A DNA stretch of 64,000 nt from an uncultured Thermotogae bacterium (GCA_964530075.1 CAZGXU010000003.1:680-64679), one strand, 5' to 3'; counted from the stretch's first letter, positions 1 to 9,121 are shown. The notes: generated by a model from the sequence alone, not told the origin. Numbers and translations are program-made.

Positions 1-538
1 GGTCCCGCAGCGAGTCCGGGCTGAACGCGGAGAAGACGACGGAGTGAGGCGCGCCGATGCGCGCGCACGCCTGCATCGCGATGACGGCTTCGGGAATCAT
101 CGGAAGGTAGATCCCGACCGCGTCGCCCTTCCGGACGCCGAGCCCCTTCAGCGCATTGGCCAACTTCGAGACGCGCTCGCGCAGCTGCTTGTACGTCAGC
201 TTGACGGCCGCCTCGTCGGTCGGCTCCGGCTCCCAGATCAGCGCAATCCGATCCCCATGTCCCGCCTCGATGTGACGATCGAGCGAGTTGTACGAGAGAT
301 TCAGCTTCCCCCCGACGAACCACTTGTAGGCATGCGGGGCGTACTCGTAGGGCGTCTCCCACTTCCTGAACCAGTGGAGTTCCTCGGCCCGGGAGGCCCA
401 GAACGCGACGGGATCGGCCTTGGCTTCTTCGTAGACCGACTCATCGGCGATCCAAGCGTGCTCCTTCAGCGCCTGCGTGGGCCAGTAGACGTTCTCCTCG
501 GTCGGGTCCTTCTCGACCCAACGGCTCCCCTCTGACAC
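1..538 (-). CDS. acs: Acetyl-CoA synthetase (AMP-forming), N-terminal part; the gene continues beyond the left edge
   Basis: My own minus-strand translation from GTG 536-538 (AGGAGG 6 nt upstream) reads VSEGSRWVEKDPTEENVYWPTQALKEHAWIADESVYEEA...WFVGGKLNLSYNSLDRHIEAGHGDRIALIWEPE...YLPMIPEAVIAMQACARIGAPHSVVFSAFS. This is the canonical Acs N-terminus. It is missing from the ORF track because it has no stop inside the window. Confidence 0.9.
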   Translation of the reverse strand, partial: MSEGSRWVEKDPTEENVYWPTQALKEHAWIADESVYEEAKADPVAFWASRAEELHWFRKWETPYEYAPHAYKWFVGGKLNLSYNSLDRHIEAGHGDRIALIWEPEPTDEAAVKLTYKQLRERVSKLANALKGLGVRKGDAVGIYLPMIPEAVIAMQACARIGAPHSVVFSAFSPDSLRD

Positions 539-615
539 GTCAGACCTCCTAATGTTGAGAAAATCGCTTTCGACATTGCGGCGAAGTCTAGCCCATGGGG
601 CGCCTTGCTGCAACG

Positions 616-1176
616 CTAAAGCAGGAGGGATGGGGTGATGCGGAGGAGCCAGGGGGCCGCGAAGTAGAACCGATAGACGGGGATGCTCCGCGATACGCAC
701 TCGACGTACGCCCGCGTCTCCGGGTAGGGGGCCTCCACGCCGGCGAGCCAGCGCTCGGCGGTGCCCGGGCCGGCGTTGTAGGCGACCAGGGCGTCGTCTC
801 GCTCCGAGAACCGGTCGAGGAGGAGGCGAAGGTACCACGTGCCGAATTGCAGGTTGAGGGACGGGTCGGTGAGCCGTCCGGCCTCGAAGTCGGGGATCCC
901 GAGCTGCTCGGCGATCCAGATCCCGGTTTCGGGCATGATCTGCATCAGTCCGATCGCCCCTCGCGGAGAGATCGCCCGGGCGTCGAAGCGGCTCTCGCAG
1001 CGGACGACGGCCGCGACGAGGGACGGATCGAGTCCGCGTTCCTCGGAGAGGGCGACGAGCTGCGCAGTGTACGCGACCGGATAGAGGACGCGGAGCCCGA
1101 CGAGACCGGCGTAGGCGACGAGCAGGACGAGGACGAGCGGGCCGACGAGGGGCCGCCACGATGCGAAGCGTCGCAT
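616..1176 (-). CDS. Lytic transglycosylase (SLT domain), N-terminal membrane anchor
   Basis: The 186-aa ORF has a hydrophobic N-terminus. It contains CESRFDARAISPRGAIGLMQIMPETG and AYNAGPG, the SLT catalytic Glu-Ser and downstream motifs. Confidence 0.9.
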   Translation of the reverse strand: MRRFASWRPLVGPLVLVLLVAYAGLVGLRVLYPVAYTAQLVALSEERGLDPSLVAAVVRCESRFDARAISPRGAIGLMQIMPETGIWIAEQLGIPDFEAGRLTDPSLNLQFGTWYLRLLLDRFSERDDALVAYNAGPGTAERWLAGVEAPYPETRAYVECVSRSIPVYRFYFAAPWLLRITPSLLL

Positions 1177-1177
1177 G

Positions 1178-1208
1178 ATCCTCTATCATACGCGGAATCC
1201 TCTATAAT
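1178..1208. promoter_or_regulatory. Divergent control region with a 9-bp direct repeat ATCCTCTAT (1178-1186 and 1197-1205); the second copy runs into a perfect TATAAT (1203-1208)
   Basis: Read directly from the sequence between the divergent start codons at 1176 (-) and 1246 (+). No good -35 hexamer is present for the TATAAT. Confidence 0.3.
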
Positions 1209-1245
1209 TCGGTCCAGCGCGAATCCACGCGACGAGGGAAGCACG

Positions 1246-1938
1246 ATGAAAAGACTCCTCCTCTGGCTACGGACGACGTTCGTCAGCGGCCTGCTGGCGA
1301 TCCTCCCCGTCGGTGCGACGGTCTTCATCGTCTGGGCCCTCTACAACCTGATCGATCGCCAGGTCGGGAGGAACACGGCGTTCGGGATGGTGATCGAGCG
1401 GGTCCTGGGGCGGTGGATCCCCGGCCTCGGGATCATCATCACGATCCTCCTCGTCCTCGTCATCGGGGTCATCACCCGGAGCGTGATCGGGCGGACGCTG
1501 CAGTACTACATGGAGCGGATCTTCTTCTCCTTCCCGGGCGTGCGGAAGATGTACGGGACGTTGAAGCAGTTCACCAGCGCGCTGCTCAACAGGGAATCAA
1601 CGACGTCGTTCAAGAAGGTCGTCATGTTCGAGTACCCGAAGGAAGGGATCAACGTCCTCGGCCTGGTGACGAACGAGAATCTGGGGGTCATCCAGGAGAC
1701 CATCGGGGAGAAGTGCCTCCTCGTCTATGCGCCGACGGCGCCGAACCCGCTCTCCGGGTACATGCTGATCATCCCCGAGCGGCTCGTGACGTACATCGAC
1801 ATGCCGGTGGAGGACGCCCTGTCGATGGTCGTATCGAGCGGTTCGGTCCTCCCCGAGAGCCTCCAGAAACCGACGGAAGGGCGCGAGGCGAACAAGCGGC
1901 CCCGCTTCTCTCCGTTCCGCAAGCGGACGGTGAGGTGA
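1246..1938 (+). CDS. DUF502-family membrane protein
   Basis: ATG at 1246 lies inside the long ORF 595..1938. The product MKRLLLWLRTTFVSGLLAILPVGATVFIVW... has two TM helices and then the conserved YAPTAPNPLSGYMLIIP block typical of DUF502. The upstream part of the ORF is antisense to the SLT gene. Confidence 0.85.
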   Translation: MKRLLLWLRTTFVSGLLAILPVGATVFIVWALYNLIDRQVGRNTAFGMVIERVLGRWIPGLGIIITILLVLVIGVITRSVIGRTLQYYMERIFFSFPGVRKMYGTLKQFTSALLNRESTTSFKKVVMFEYPKEGINVLGLVTNENLGVIQETIGEKCLLVYAPTAPNPLSGYMLIIPERLVTYIDMPVEDALSMVVSSGSVLPESLQKPTEGREANKRPRFSPFRKRTVR

Positions 1939-1942
1939 ACCG

Positions 1943-2785
1943 ATGCCGATCTTCAAGGAGAAAGACTACCTGCGCGTCGACCTCGATCGGGAGCCGGACG
2001 AGAGCCTCTGGATGAAGTGCAAGTCCTGCGGCGAGCTCGTCTTCAAGCGGCGCGTCCGCGAGAACAACAACATCTGCCCGAGTTGTGGCGAGTATTTCTT
2101 CCTGACCTCGGTCGAACGGATCGGGCTCCTGGTCGACGAGGGAAGCTTCGAAGACATCGCCGAGCCGATCACGGCGGACGATCCGCTCGGCTTCGCCGAC
2201 CGGAAGCCGTACTTGGAGCGGATCGCCGAAGCGCAGGCGAAGACGGGCTTGCGCGATGCGATCCTGATCGGGCGGGCGGCGATCGCCGGCATCCCCGTGG
2301 TGATCGGCGTAATGGATTTCCGCTTCATCGGTGGGAGCATGGGATCGGTCGTCGGTGAGCAGATCTGCCGCGCGATCGAAGCGGCGATCGCCGGCAGACG
2401 CCCGTTCGTCCTCGTCTCGTCGTCCGGCGGCGCGCGCCTTCAGGAGGGGCTGTTCTCCCTCCTCCAGATGGCGAAGACGGTCGCCGTTCGCGCCAGGATG
2501 GCCGAGGAGGGGCTCCCGTTCATCTCGGTGATGACCTACCCGACCTCGGGCGGCGTGCAGGCGTCGATCGCCAGCCTCGGGGACGTCGTCATCGCCGAGC
2601 GCGGCGCGTTGATCGGGTTCGCCGGCCGCCGGGTGATCGAGAACGCGATGAGCCAGGAGTTGCCGTCCGATTTTCAGTCGGACGCGTTCGCGTTCGAGCA
2701 CGGCGCGATCGACCGGGTCGTCGGCCGCGAGGGGATGCGGGACGAACTCGCCTCGCTTCTCAGGTTCTTCGTGGAGACGGGATGA
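1943..2785 (+). CDS. accD: Acetyl-CoA carboxylase carboxyltransferase beta subunit
   Basis: N-terminal zinc ribbon CKSCGELVFKRRVRENNNICPSCG, then GGSMGSVVGE and SSGGARLQEG motifs. Confidence 0.95.
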   Translation: MPIFKEKDYLRVDLDREPDESLWMKCKSCGELVFKRRVRENNNICPSCGEYFFLTSVERIGLLVDEGSFEDIAEPITADDPLGFADRKPYLERIAEAQAKTGLRDAILIGRAAIAGIPVVIGVMDFRFIGGSMGSVVGEQICRAIEAAIAGRRPFVLVSSSGGARLQEGLFSLLQMAKTVAVRARMAEEGLPFISVMTYPTSGGVQASIASLGDVVIAERGALIGFAGRRVIENAMSQELPSDFQSDAFAFEHGAIDRVVGREGMRDELASLLRFFVETG

Positions 2786-3741
2786 GCGACGAGCGGACAC
2801 TCGACCTCCTTGAGGCGAAGATCGAGGAGCTTCGGCACCTGGACGCCGCCGACGGGATCGACCTGTCGAAGGAGATCGAGCGGCTCGAGGCGAAGCTCGA
2901 AGAGCTCCGTCAGGAGCTGTACGCAAACCTGAGCGATTGGGAGCGTGTGAAGCTCGCCCGTCATCCGAAGCGCCCCTACGCCCTGGATTATATCGACGCA
3001 GTCTTCACCGATTTCTACGAGCTCCACGGCGACCGGCTCGACGGCGACGACCGGGCGCTACTGACCGGGCTCGCTCGCCTCGACGGGCGCACGGTCGTCG
3101 TCGTCGGACAGCAGAAGGGGCGCTCGACCGAGGAGAACAAGGAGCGGTTCTTCGGGATGCCTCGGCCGCAGGGCTATCGGAAGGCGCAGCGCGCGATGCG
3201 GCTGGCGGAGCGATTCGGGTTCCCGGTGGTGGCGCTGATCGACACGCCGGGGGCCTACCCCGGTCTCGAGTCGGAGGAGCACAACATCGGCGGCGCGATC
3301 GCCGAGAGCCTGCTGACGATGGCCGGTCTCCGCGTCCCGATCGTCGCGGTCGTCATCGGCGAGGGCGGGTCGGGCGGCGCGCTGGCGATCGGCCTCGCCG
3401 ATCGTGTCCTGATGCTGGAGAACGCCGTCTACACGGTGATCAGCCCGGAGAGCGCCGCGGTGATCCTGTGGAAGGACAAGGAACGGATGAAGGAGGCGGC
3501 CGAGGCGCTCAGCCTGACCGCCGATCGCCTCCGCGACCTCGGCCTGATCGACGGCGTGATTCCCGAGCCGCTCGGCGGTGCGCACAAGGACTTCGATCGG
3601 ACGGCGTCGGCCCTCAAGGAGGATCTCGCTCGCCGACTGGCCGAACTGGCGAATCTGGAGCCGAAGCGGCTGGTCGAGGAGCGGTACCGCCGCTACCGCG
3701 AGGTCGGCCGGTATCGCGACGCGTCCCACGAAGGCGAATGA
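2782..3741 (+). CDS. accA: Acetyl-CoA carboxylase carboxyltransferase alpha subunit
   Basis: ARHPKRPYALDYI, IDTPGAYPG and GEGGSGGALA motifs. Overlaps accD by 4 nt. Confidence 0.95.
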   Translation: MSDERTLDLLEAKIEELRHLDAADGIDLSKEIERLEAKLEELRQELYANLSDWERVKLARHPKRPYALDYIDAVFTDFYELHGDRLDGDDRALLTGLARLDGRTVVVVGQQKGRSTEENKERFFGMPRPQGYRKAQRAMRLAERFGFPVVALIDTPGAYPGLESEEHNIGGAIAESLLTMAGLRVPIVAVVIGEGGSGGALAIGLADRVLMLENAVYTVISPESAAVILWKDKERMKEAAEALSLTADRLRDLGLIDGVIPEPLGGAHKDFDRTASALKEDLARRLAELANLEPKRLVEERYRRYREVGRYRDASHEGE

Positions 3742-4253
3742 AACGGATGCTCCTCGGTGTGGGCAACCGCCTGTCGCGGGACGACGGCGTCGGTCCGGTC
3801 CTCGCCGAGCGGCTCGCCGAATCCGATTGGCTCGCGATCGACTGCGGCGCGTCCTTGGAGAACGCAGCGGGGATCGTCTCCCGCGAGCGGCCGGACCTGT
3901 TGGTGATCGCGGACGCGGCCCGGATGGGCCTGTCGCCGGGGACCGCACGGCGCCTCCCGAGGTCGGCGGTCGACCGGATGCTCGTTTCGACGCACGGCCT
4001 GCCGATCTCGTTCTTCCTGGACCGCCTGGAGTCCGCGGCGCGCGAGATCGTGATCCTCGGGATCGAACCGGCCGACTTGTCTTTCGGCGAAGGGCTGTCG
4101 GCCGAGGCGAGCGCCGCGGTCGGGTCGCTGGCGAGGGTTCTTGCGGCCGATCCCGGCGGAATCGGATCGGTTCCGCCTCTTGAGCGCATCGCGCCTCCGG
4201 AGGCGCGACCGGGCGAATCGCTTGAGGGAACGACGGGGAGCCGATATAAGTAG
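3738..4253 (+). CDS. Hydrogenase maturation endopeptidase (HycI/HyaD family)
   Basis: ATG 3738 overlaps the accA stop (ATGA). The product MKRMLLGVGNRLSRDDGVGPVLAERL...LLVIADAARMG...STHGLP carries the GxGNxxxxDDGxG and His signatures of this protease family. Confidence 0.75.
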   Translation: MKRMLLGVGNRLSRDDGVGPVLAERLAESDWLAIDCGASLENAAGIVSRERPDLLVIADAARMGLSPGTARRLPRSAVDRMLVSTHGLPISFFLDRLESAAREIVILGIEPADLSFGEGLSAEASAAVGSLARVLAADPGGIGSVPPLERIAPPEARPGESLEGTTGSRYK

Positions 4254-4397
4254 CATCGGCGAGCCCGAACACGGGGCGTGCGGCGCACGCGAAAGGCGAG
4301 GTCGATCCGGCCTCCGTGGATCGCCAGCACTCATCGAGGGGAACGACGCAGGGGGACTGGGAGCGGATGAGCGTCCCGGTCGAAGGAGGGAGCGACC

Positions 4398-5408
4398 ATG
4401 CCATTCTGTGACGGGGTGAAACTGCAAGAGGCGTATCGGAGGGCGCAGGCCGAGCGCTTCGCGTTCATGGCGAACAACATCGCCGAGCCGAGCATCCTGA
4501 TCGGCCTTCTCGAAGCGTACGCGGAGGCGCGCTCGGACCTGCTGGTTCAGATCAGTCCGGGAGCGGCGAAGTACGCCGGGGGCGGCGACAAGCGGGCCGG
4601 GCTGAGGGCCCTCTCGGCCCTGGTCCGCGAGCTCGCCGAGCCGTACCCGATTCGCGTTTTCATCAACCTCGACCACTTCACGGCGGACGAGATGGGACTG
4701 ATCGAGGAGGCGATCGACGTTCGCCTCGTCTCCTCGGTCATGATCGACGCGTCGAGGGAGGCGTTCGAGGAGAACGTTCGGATCAGCCGAACGGTCGCGG
4801 AGAAGGCCAAGGGGACGGGGATTCTCATCGAAGCGGAGCTCGGGAAGATCCGGGGGGTCGAGGACGAGGTCGCGTCGGACGAAGCGTTGTACACCGATCC
4901 GGACGAGGCGGCCGAGTTCGTCAAGCGGACCGGGGCCGATCTTCTGGCGATCTCGGTCGGGACGCAGCACGGCGTCTCGAAGGGTCGGGATCTCGAGCTG
5001 CGGGCCGACCTTGCGACGAAGATCAGGGATCGACTCGTGCGAGCGGGCATCGACGCGCCGCTCGTCCTTCACGGCACGTCCGGGCTCCTCCCGGAGCAGG
5101 TCCGCGAGATGATCGGATACGGCATCTGCAAGCTGAATAAGGACACGCACTACCAGTACGTCTTCGGGCGGACGGCGTGCGAGTTCTTCGCCGCGCACGC
5201 GGAGGGGATCATCCCACCGGCCGGCGTGGAGGACGACGTCGTGAACCTGTTTGCGAAGGGCGATTGGAGCCCGGACAAGAAGGTCTTCGACCCGCGTGTC
5301 GTGGGGAGGGAGATTCAGGCGAAGGTCCGCGAGATCGCGCTCGTGCTGATCGACCAGGCCGGAAGCGGGGGCAAGACGCTGTGGGTGCAGAAGGAGGGCC
5401 GCCGATGA
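4398..5408 (+). CDS. fba: Class II fructose-1,6-bisphosphate aldolase
   Basis: 336 aa with INLDHF, MIDAS, LVLHGTSG and KLNKDT motifs. GAAGGAGGG lies upstream of the ATG. Confidence 0.9.
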   Translation: MPFCDGVKLQEAYRRAQAERFAFMANNIAEPSILIGLLEAYAEARSDLLVQISPGAAKYAGGGDKRAGLRALSALVRELAEPYPIRVFINLDHFTADEMGLIEEAIDVRLVSSVMIDASREAFEENVRISRTVAEKAKGTGILIEAELGKIRGVEDEVASDEALYTDPDEAAEFVKRTGADLLAISVGTQHGVSKGRDLELRADLATKIRDRLVRAGIDAPLVLHGTSGLLPEQVREMIGYGICKLNKDTHYQYVFGRTACEFFAAHAEGIIPPAGVEDDVVNLFAKGDWSPDKKVFDPRVVGREIQAKVREIALVLIDQAGSGGKTLWVQKEGRR

Positions 5409-6430
5409 GGGCCGGGGTCCTGACGGGCGGGGGGGATTCCCCCGGGATCAATGCCGCCCTTCGCTCGATCGTTCGCTTCGGAAACAAGCACGGGGTTGAC
5501 GTCATCGGATTCGAGGAAGGGTGGAAGGGCCCGATCGAGAACCTGGTCCGGCCGCTGACGCAGGTCGACGTCTCCGGGATCCTCCACATCGGTGGGACGA
5601 TCCTCAGCAGCTCCAGAACGAATCCGTTCCGGATCAGCGACGGCCCGGAGAGGGTCGTCGAGACCCTCTCGGTGAACGCCGTCGACTTCCTGATCGCCAT
5701 CGGCGGGGACGACACGCTCGGCGTGGCGCACCACCTCGGCGAGTACGGCGTGAAGGTGATTGGGATTCCGCAGACGATCGACAACGACATCGGAATGACC
5801 GACTACACGCTCGGCTTCTCCTCGGCTCTCGGGGTGATCACCGATGCGCTCGATCGACTTCACACGACGGCCGCGTCACATCACCGCGTGCTGATCCTTG
5901 AGGTGATGGGGCGGGACGCCGGATGGCTCAGCCTGATGGGCGGCGTCGCCGGCGGCGCGGACGTCATCTTGATCCCGGAGCAGAAGTTCGACGTCGATTC
6001 GATCTTCCGGAAGATCAAGCGGCGGGAGTACCTGAAGAAGCAGTTCAGCATCGTCATCGTCGCCGAAGGGGCCGAGCCGGAGGGCATGGGAGGACAGCTT
6101 GTCGCGGAGGCCGAGGTCGATGCGTTCGGGCACGCGCGGCTCGGCGGCGTCGGCCAGTACGTCGCCAATCAGCTGTCCGAACGGATGCAGATCCCCGTCC
6201 GCGTGACGAATCTGGCCTATCTGCAGCGAGGCGGAAGCCCGTCGCCGTTCGACCGGATCCTCGCGACGCGGTTCGGCGCCGCGTCGATCGAGTTCGCGCT
6301 GAGCGGTCAGTTCGACGTCATGACGGCGATCCACGGGACGAAGATCGTTCCGATCCCGCTCGGCGACGCGCTGGCGAGACCGCGACCGGTCGACGAACGG
6401 CTCCTCTATCTCGTCGACCTCTTCGAATAG
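5405..6430 (+). CDS. pfkA: 6-phosphofructokinase (phosphoryl donor ATP or PPi unresolved)
   Basis: ATG 5405 overlaps the fba stop. Motifs present: GGGDSPGINAA, IGGDDTLG, PQTIDNDI and MGRDAGW. Confidence 0.9.
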   Translation: MRAGVLTGGGDSPGINAALRSIVRFGNKHGVDVIGFEEGWKGPIENLVRPLTQVDVSGILHIGGTILSSSRTNPFRISDGPERVVETLSVNAVDFLIAIGGDDTLGVAHHLGEYGVKVIGIPQTIDNDIGMTDYTLGFSSALGVITDALDRLHTTAASHHRVLILEVMGRDAGWLSLMGGVAGGADVILIPEQKFDVDSIFRKIKRREYLKKQFSIVIVAEGAEPEGMGGQLVAEAEVDAFGHARLGGVGQYVANQLSERMQIPVRVTNLAYLQRGGSPSPFDRILATRFGAASIEFALSGQFDVMTAIHGTKIVPIPLGDALARPRPVDERLLYLVDLFE

Positions 6431-6485
6431 CCGGAGAGCGGATGGGCGGGGCGGCCGATCGGCTGTCACGGTTGCGGATGTCCGA

Positions 6486-7514
6486 TCACTCGGGGATCTC
6501 GACGTCTCTCAGGTGGCCGGCCGCCTGCTCCGGTGGCATCGGGTTGATGTAGAACCCGGTGCCCCATTCGAATCCGGCGACGTGCGTCAGTCGGGGCATG
6601 ATCGCAATCCGCCAATGGTAGTCGTAGGGGAGGGTGCTCCAGTATCCCGGCCTACCCGGACGCGGGACCGGATTCGGCGCGGTCTTGAGGACGAAGTTGT
6701 ACGGGATGTCCCCGAGGAGGAGCGTCAACCGCTTCAGCGTCCGCTTGAGAATCCGCGCGAGGCCCCACCCCTGTTCGTCGTCGAGCGACCTGAAGTCGTG
6801 CGAATGGGCCTTCGGATAGACGACGAGCTCGAACGGGAACCGCGAGTCGTAGGGAGCCCAGACGACGTAGCCGTCGTTCTCCTCCACGATTCGGTCCCCA
6901 TTGCGGATCTCCGCGAGCATGACGTCACAGAACAGACACCGCTCCTTCCTCTCGTAGTAGGACTTGGCGATGTTGAGCGAACGCCGGACCTCTTGGGGGA
7001 CGATCGGCGTGGCGATGATCTGCGAGTGCGGGTGGAGGAGCGACGCGCCGGCCTCCCTCCCGTGGTTCTTGAAAAGGAGGACGTACCGGAACCAAGGGTT
7101 CTCCGTCAGCACCCGGAGCCGGACGACGTACGTGTCGACGATCCTTTTCACCTGTTCGTCGGGAAGATCGGGGATCTCCAGGGAATGCTCCGGCGTTTCG
7201 ACGATGACCTCGTGGGTCCCGACGCCGTTCATCCGATCGTAGAACCCCTCGATCGCCTCCCGTCCGAGATCCTCGTAGCCCTGCAGGGCGGCAAACTTGT
7301 TCGGAACGACCCGGACGGACCAACCGTCCGGCAGGTGAACTCGGTAGATCTCGGGCGGTGTCATCTCCTCGTTTCCGGGGCAGAACGGGCAGCTTTCCGG
7401 GTCTTCTCCACCGAGCTCCGAGCTGCTCCGCTCGAAGTCCGACGGGCGCTTGGCTCGCTCCGGTGCGACGATCACCCAGCGGCCGCTCGTCGGTCCTCGT
7501 CTCAATTCGGTCAT
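6486..7514 (-). CDS. galT: GalT-family hexose-1-phosphate nucleotidyltransferase (galactose-1-P uridylyltransferase / possibly ADP-glucose phosphorylase type)
   Basis: 342 aa with the zinc motif CPFCPGNE and the active-site HPHSQ. Confidence 0.85.
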   Translation of the reverse strand: MTELRRGPTSGRWVIVAPERAKRPSDFERSSSELGGEDPESCPFCPGNEEMTPPEIYRVHLPDGWSVRVVPNKFAALQGYEDLGREAIEGFYDRMNGVGTHEVIVETPEHSLEIPDLPDEQVKRIVDTYVVRLRVLTENPWFRYVLLFKNHGREAGASLLHPHSQIIATPIVPQEVRRSLNIAKSYYERKERCLFCDVMLAEIRNGDRIVEENDGYVVWAPYDSRFPFELVVYPKAHSHDFRSLDDEQGWGLARILKRTLKRLTLLLGDIPYNFVLKTAPNPVPRPGRPGYWSTLPYDYHWRIAIMPRLTHVAGFEWGTGFYINPMPPEQAAGHLRDVEIPE

Positions 7515-7553
7515 TTCTTCTCCCCTCGTAATAACTCGGTCGATGTTCCGCCG

Positions 7554-7582
7554 ATTGTACGATCCGCGGGAGTTTCGGCCAA
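7554..7582 (-). promoter_or_regulatory. Putative sigma70-type promoter of galT: TTGGCC-17-TACAAT
   Basis: The reverse complement of 7554-7582 reads TTGGCC gaaactcccgcggatcg TACAAT, about 40 nt upstream of ATG 7514. Confidence 0.4.
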
Positions 7583-7649
7583 GGAACGAACATGAGTTCC
7601 ACTGGGAGGTCCGCCGAACCAGAGGGAGTACGACTCGGTTTCCGTGGAG

Positions 7650-7678
7650 TTGATCCTCCCCGCGGGGCGACGGATACT
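7650..7678 (+). promoter_or_regulatory. Putative promoter of glgA: TTGATC-17-GATACT; the spacer contains the palindrome CCCCGCGGGG
   Basis: Read directly. The AGGAGGTG Shine-Dalgarno and ATG 7697 follow. Confidence 0.35.
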
Positions 7679-7696
7679 TGCTTCAGGAGGTGAAGG

Positions 7697-9121
7697 ATGC
7701 GGGTCTTGTTCGTCTCTGCGGAGGTTTCGCCGTTCGCGAAGACGGGGGGGCTGGCCGATGTCGCGTTGTCGCTGCCGCGGGCACTCGCCCGGAAGGGAGT
7801 GGAGATCTTCGTTGCGATGCCGAAGTATCGCGGTGTGGAAGAGAGGGCGGAACTCGTGGAAGCGGCGCGGTTCGCCGTTCCGGTCGCCGGTGAGGAGAGG
7901 CCGTGCGTCGCGTTCCGGGCGGAGCTGCCGGGAAGCTCCGTGCCGATCTACTTCCTCGGTCACGATCCGTACTACGACCGCGAGGGGATCTACGGCGAGG
8001 GATCGGAGTACCCGGATGCGCTGGAGCGGTTCGCGTTCCTGTCGAGAGGCGCCCTTTCCCTTTGTGGCGCGCTCGATTGGGCGCCGGATCTGATCCACAT
8101 AAATGACTGGCACGCCGCGTTGATTCCCGGATACATCGCCGATCGGTCCCTGCCGCACCCGGACGGCGTGAAGACGATGCTGACGATCCACAACCTCGGG
8201 TATCAAGGGTCCTTCCCGGCGGAGAAAGCCTCTGTGACCGGCCTGTCGGACAGGACCCTCCGATCCTACTTGAAGGACGGGAGGATCAACCTGCTCCGGG
8301 GTGGGATCCTCTCGTCCGATCTGATCAACACCGTCTCTCCGACGTACGCGGCCGAGATCCTCGAGGACGGAGCCGGCCTCGAGGCCGAGCTCCGATCGCG
8401 CCGCGACGTGTTGTTCGGGGTGGTCAACGGCGTCGACCTCGAGGTCTGGAATCCCGCGACGGACCCGCACCTGTGGGCTCATTACGACGTCGACGATCCG
8501 GCGGGGAAGGCCGAGAACAAGGCGAGGCTTCAACGGGAGCTGGGGCTCGATGTCGACCCGACGGTTCCCGTTCTCGGCGTCGTCTCGCGGCTGGCCGAGC
8601 AGAAGGGGTTCGACCTGATCATGTCCGGCTTCGACCGGATGTTGGAGCTCGGCGTGCAGTTCGTCCTCCTCGGGACGGGAGCGGAGGAGTACGAGACGTT
8701 CTTCCGGCAGGCGGAGGAGCGCCAACGGGGGAGGGTTGCCTCGGTGATCGCGTTCTCGGAGGAGTGGGCTCACCGGATCGAGGCTTCCGTCGACCTGTTC
8801 TTGATGCCGTCGCACTACGAGCCGTGCGGGCTGAACCAGCAGTACTCGCTCCGATACGGGACCGTCCCGATCGTTCGCGCAACCGGTGGGCTGAAGGACA
8901 CCGTCGAGGAGTACGACGCCGACGCCGACAGCGGAACCGGCTTCCTGTTCGTCGACTGCACCGTGGACGCCTTCCTCGAGGCCGTGGAGCGAGCGCTGAA
9001 TGTCTTCCGGGGCGATCCCGGTGCGTGGCGGCGCCTTCAGACGCGGGGGATGCGGGTGGATCTCTCGTGGGACGCATCGGCCGACGCATACCGACGCTTG
9101 TACGACCGGTTGCGCGGTTAG
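7697..9121 (+). CDS. glgA: Glycogen/starch synthase (GT5)
   Basis: MRVLFVSAEVSPFAKTGGLADV (KTGGL motif), 474 aa, typical GlgA length. Confidence 0.95.
   Translation: MRVLFVSAEVSPFAKTGGLADVALSLPRALARKGVEIFVAMPKYRGVEERAELVEAARFAVPVAGEERPCVAFRAELPGSSVPIYFLGHDPYYDREGIYGEGSEYPDALERFAFLSRGALSLCGALDWAPDLIHINDWHAALIPGYIADRSLPHPDGVKTMLTIHNLGYQGSFPAEKASVTGLSDRTLRSYLKDGRINLLRGGILSSDLINTVSPTYAAEILEDGAGLEAELRSRRDVLFGVVNGVDLEVWNPATDPHLWAHYDVDDPAGKAENKARLQRELGLDVDPTVPVLGVVSRLAEQKGFDLIMSGFDRMLELGVQFVLLGTGAEEYETFFRQAEERQRGRVASVIAFSEEWAHRIEASVDLFLMPSHYEPCGLNQQYSLRYGTVPIVRATGGLKDTVEEYDADADSGTGFLFVDCTVDAFLEAVERALNVFRGDPGAWRRLQTRGMRVDLSWDASADAYRRLYDRLRG

Noticed and set aside
3058-5198. 448-aa and 501-aa minus-strand ORFs across accA, the protease and fba
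   Set aside because: They lie antisense to four motif-supported + strand genes, and their products are extremely Arg/Pro-rich.
6431-6485. Terminator between the convergent pfk and galT genes
   Set aside because: The only structure is the loop-less palindrome GCCGATCGGC, with no stable stem-loop and no U-tract. It is not supportable as a terminator.
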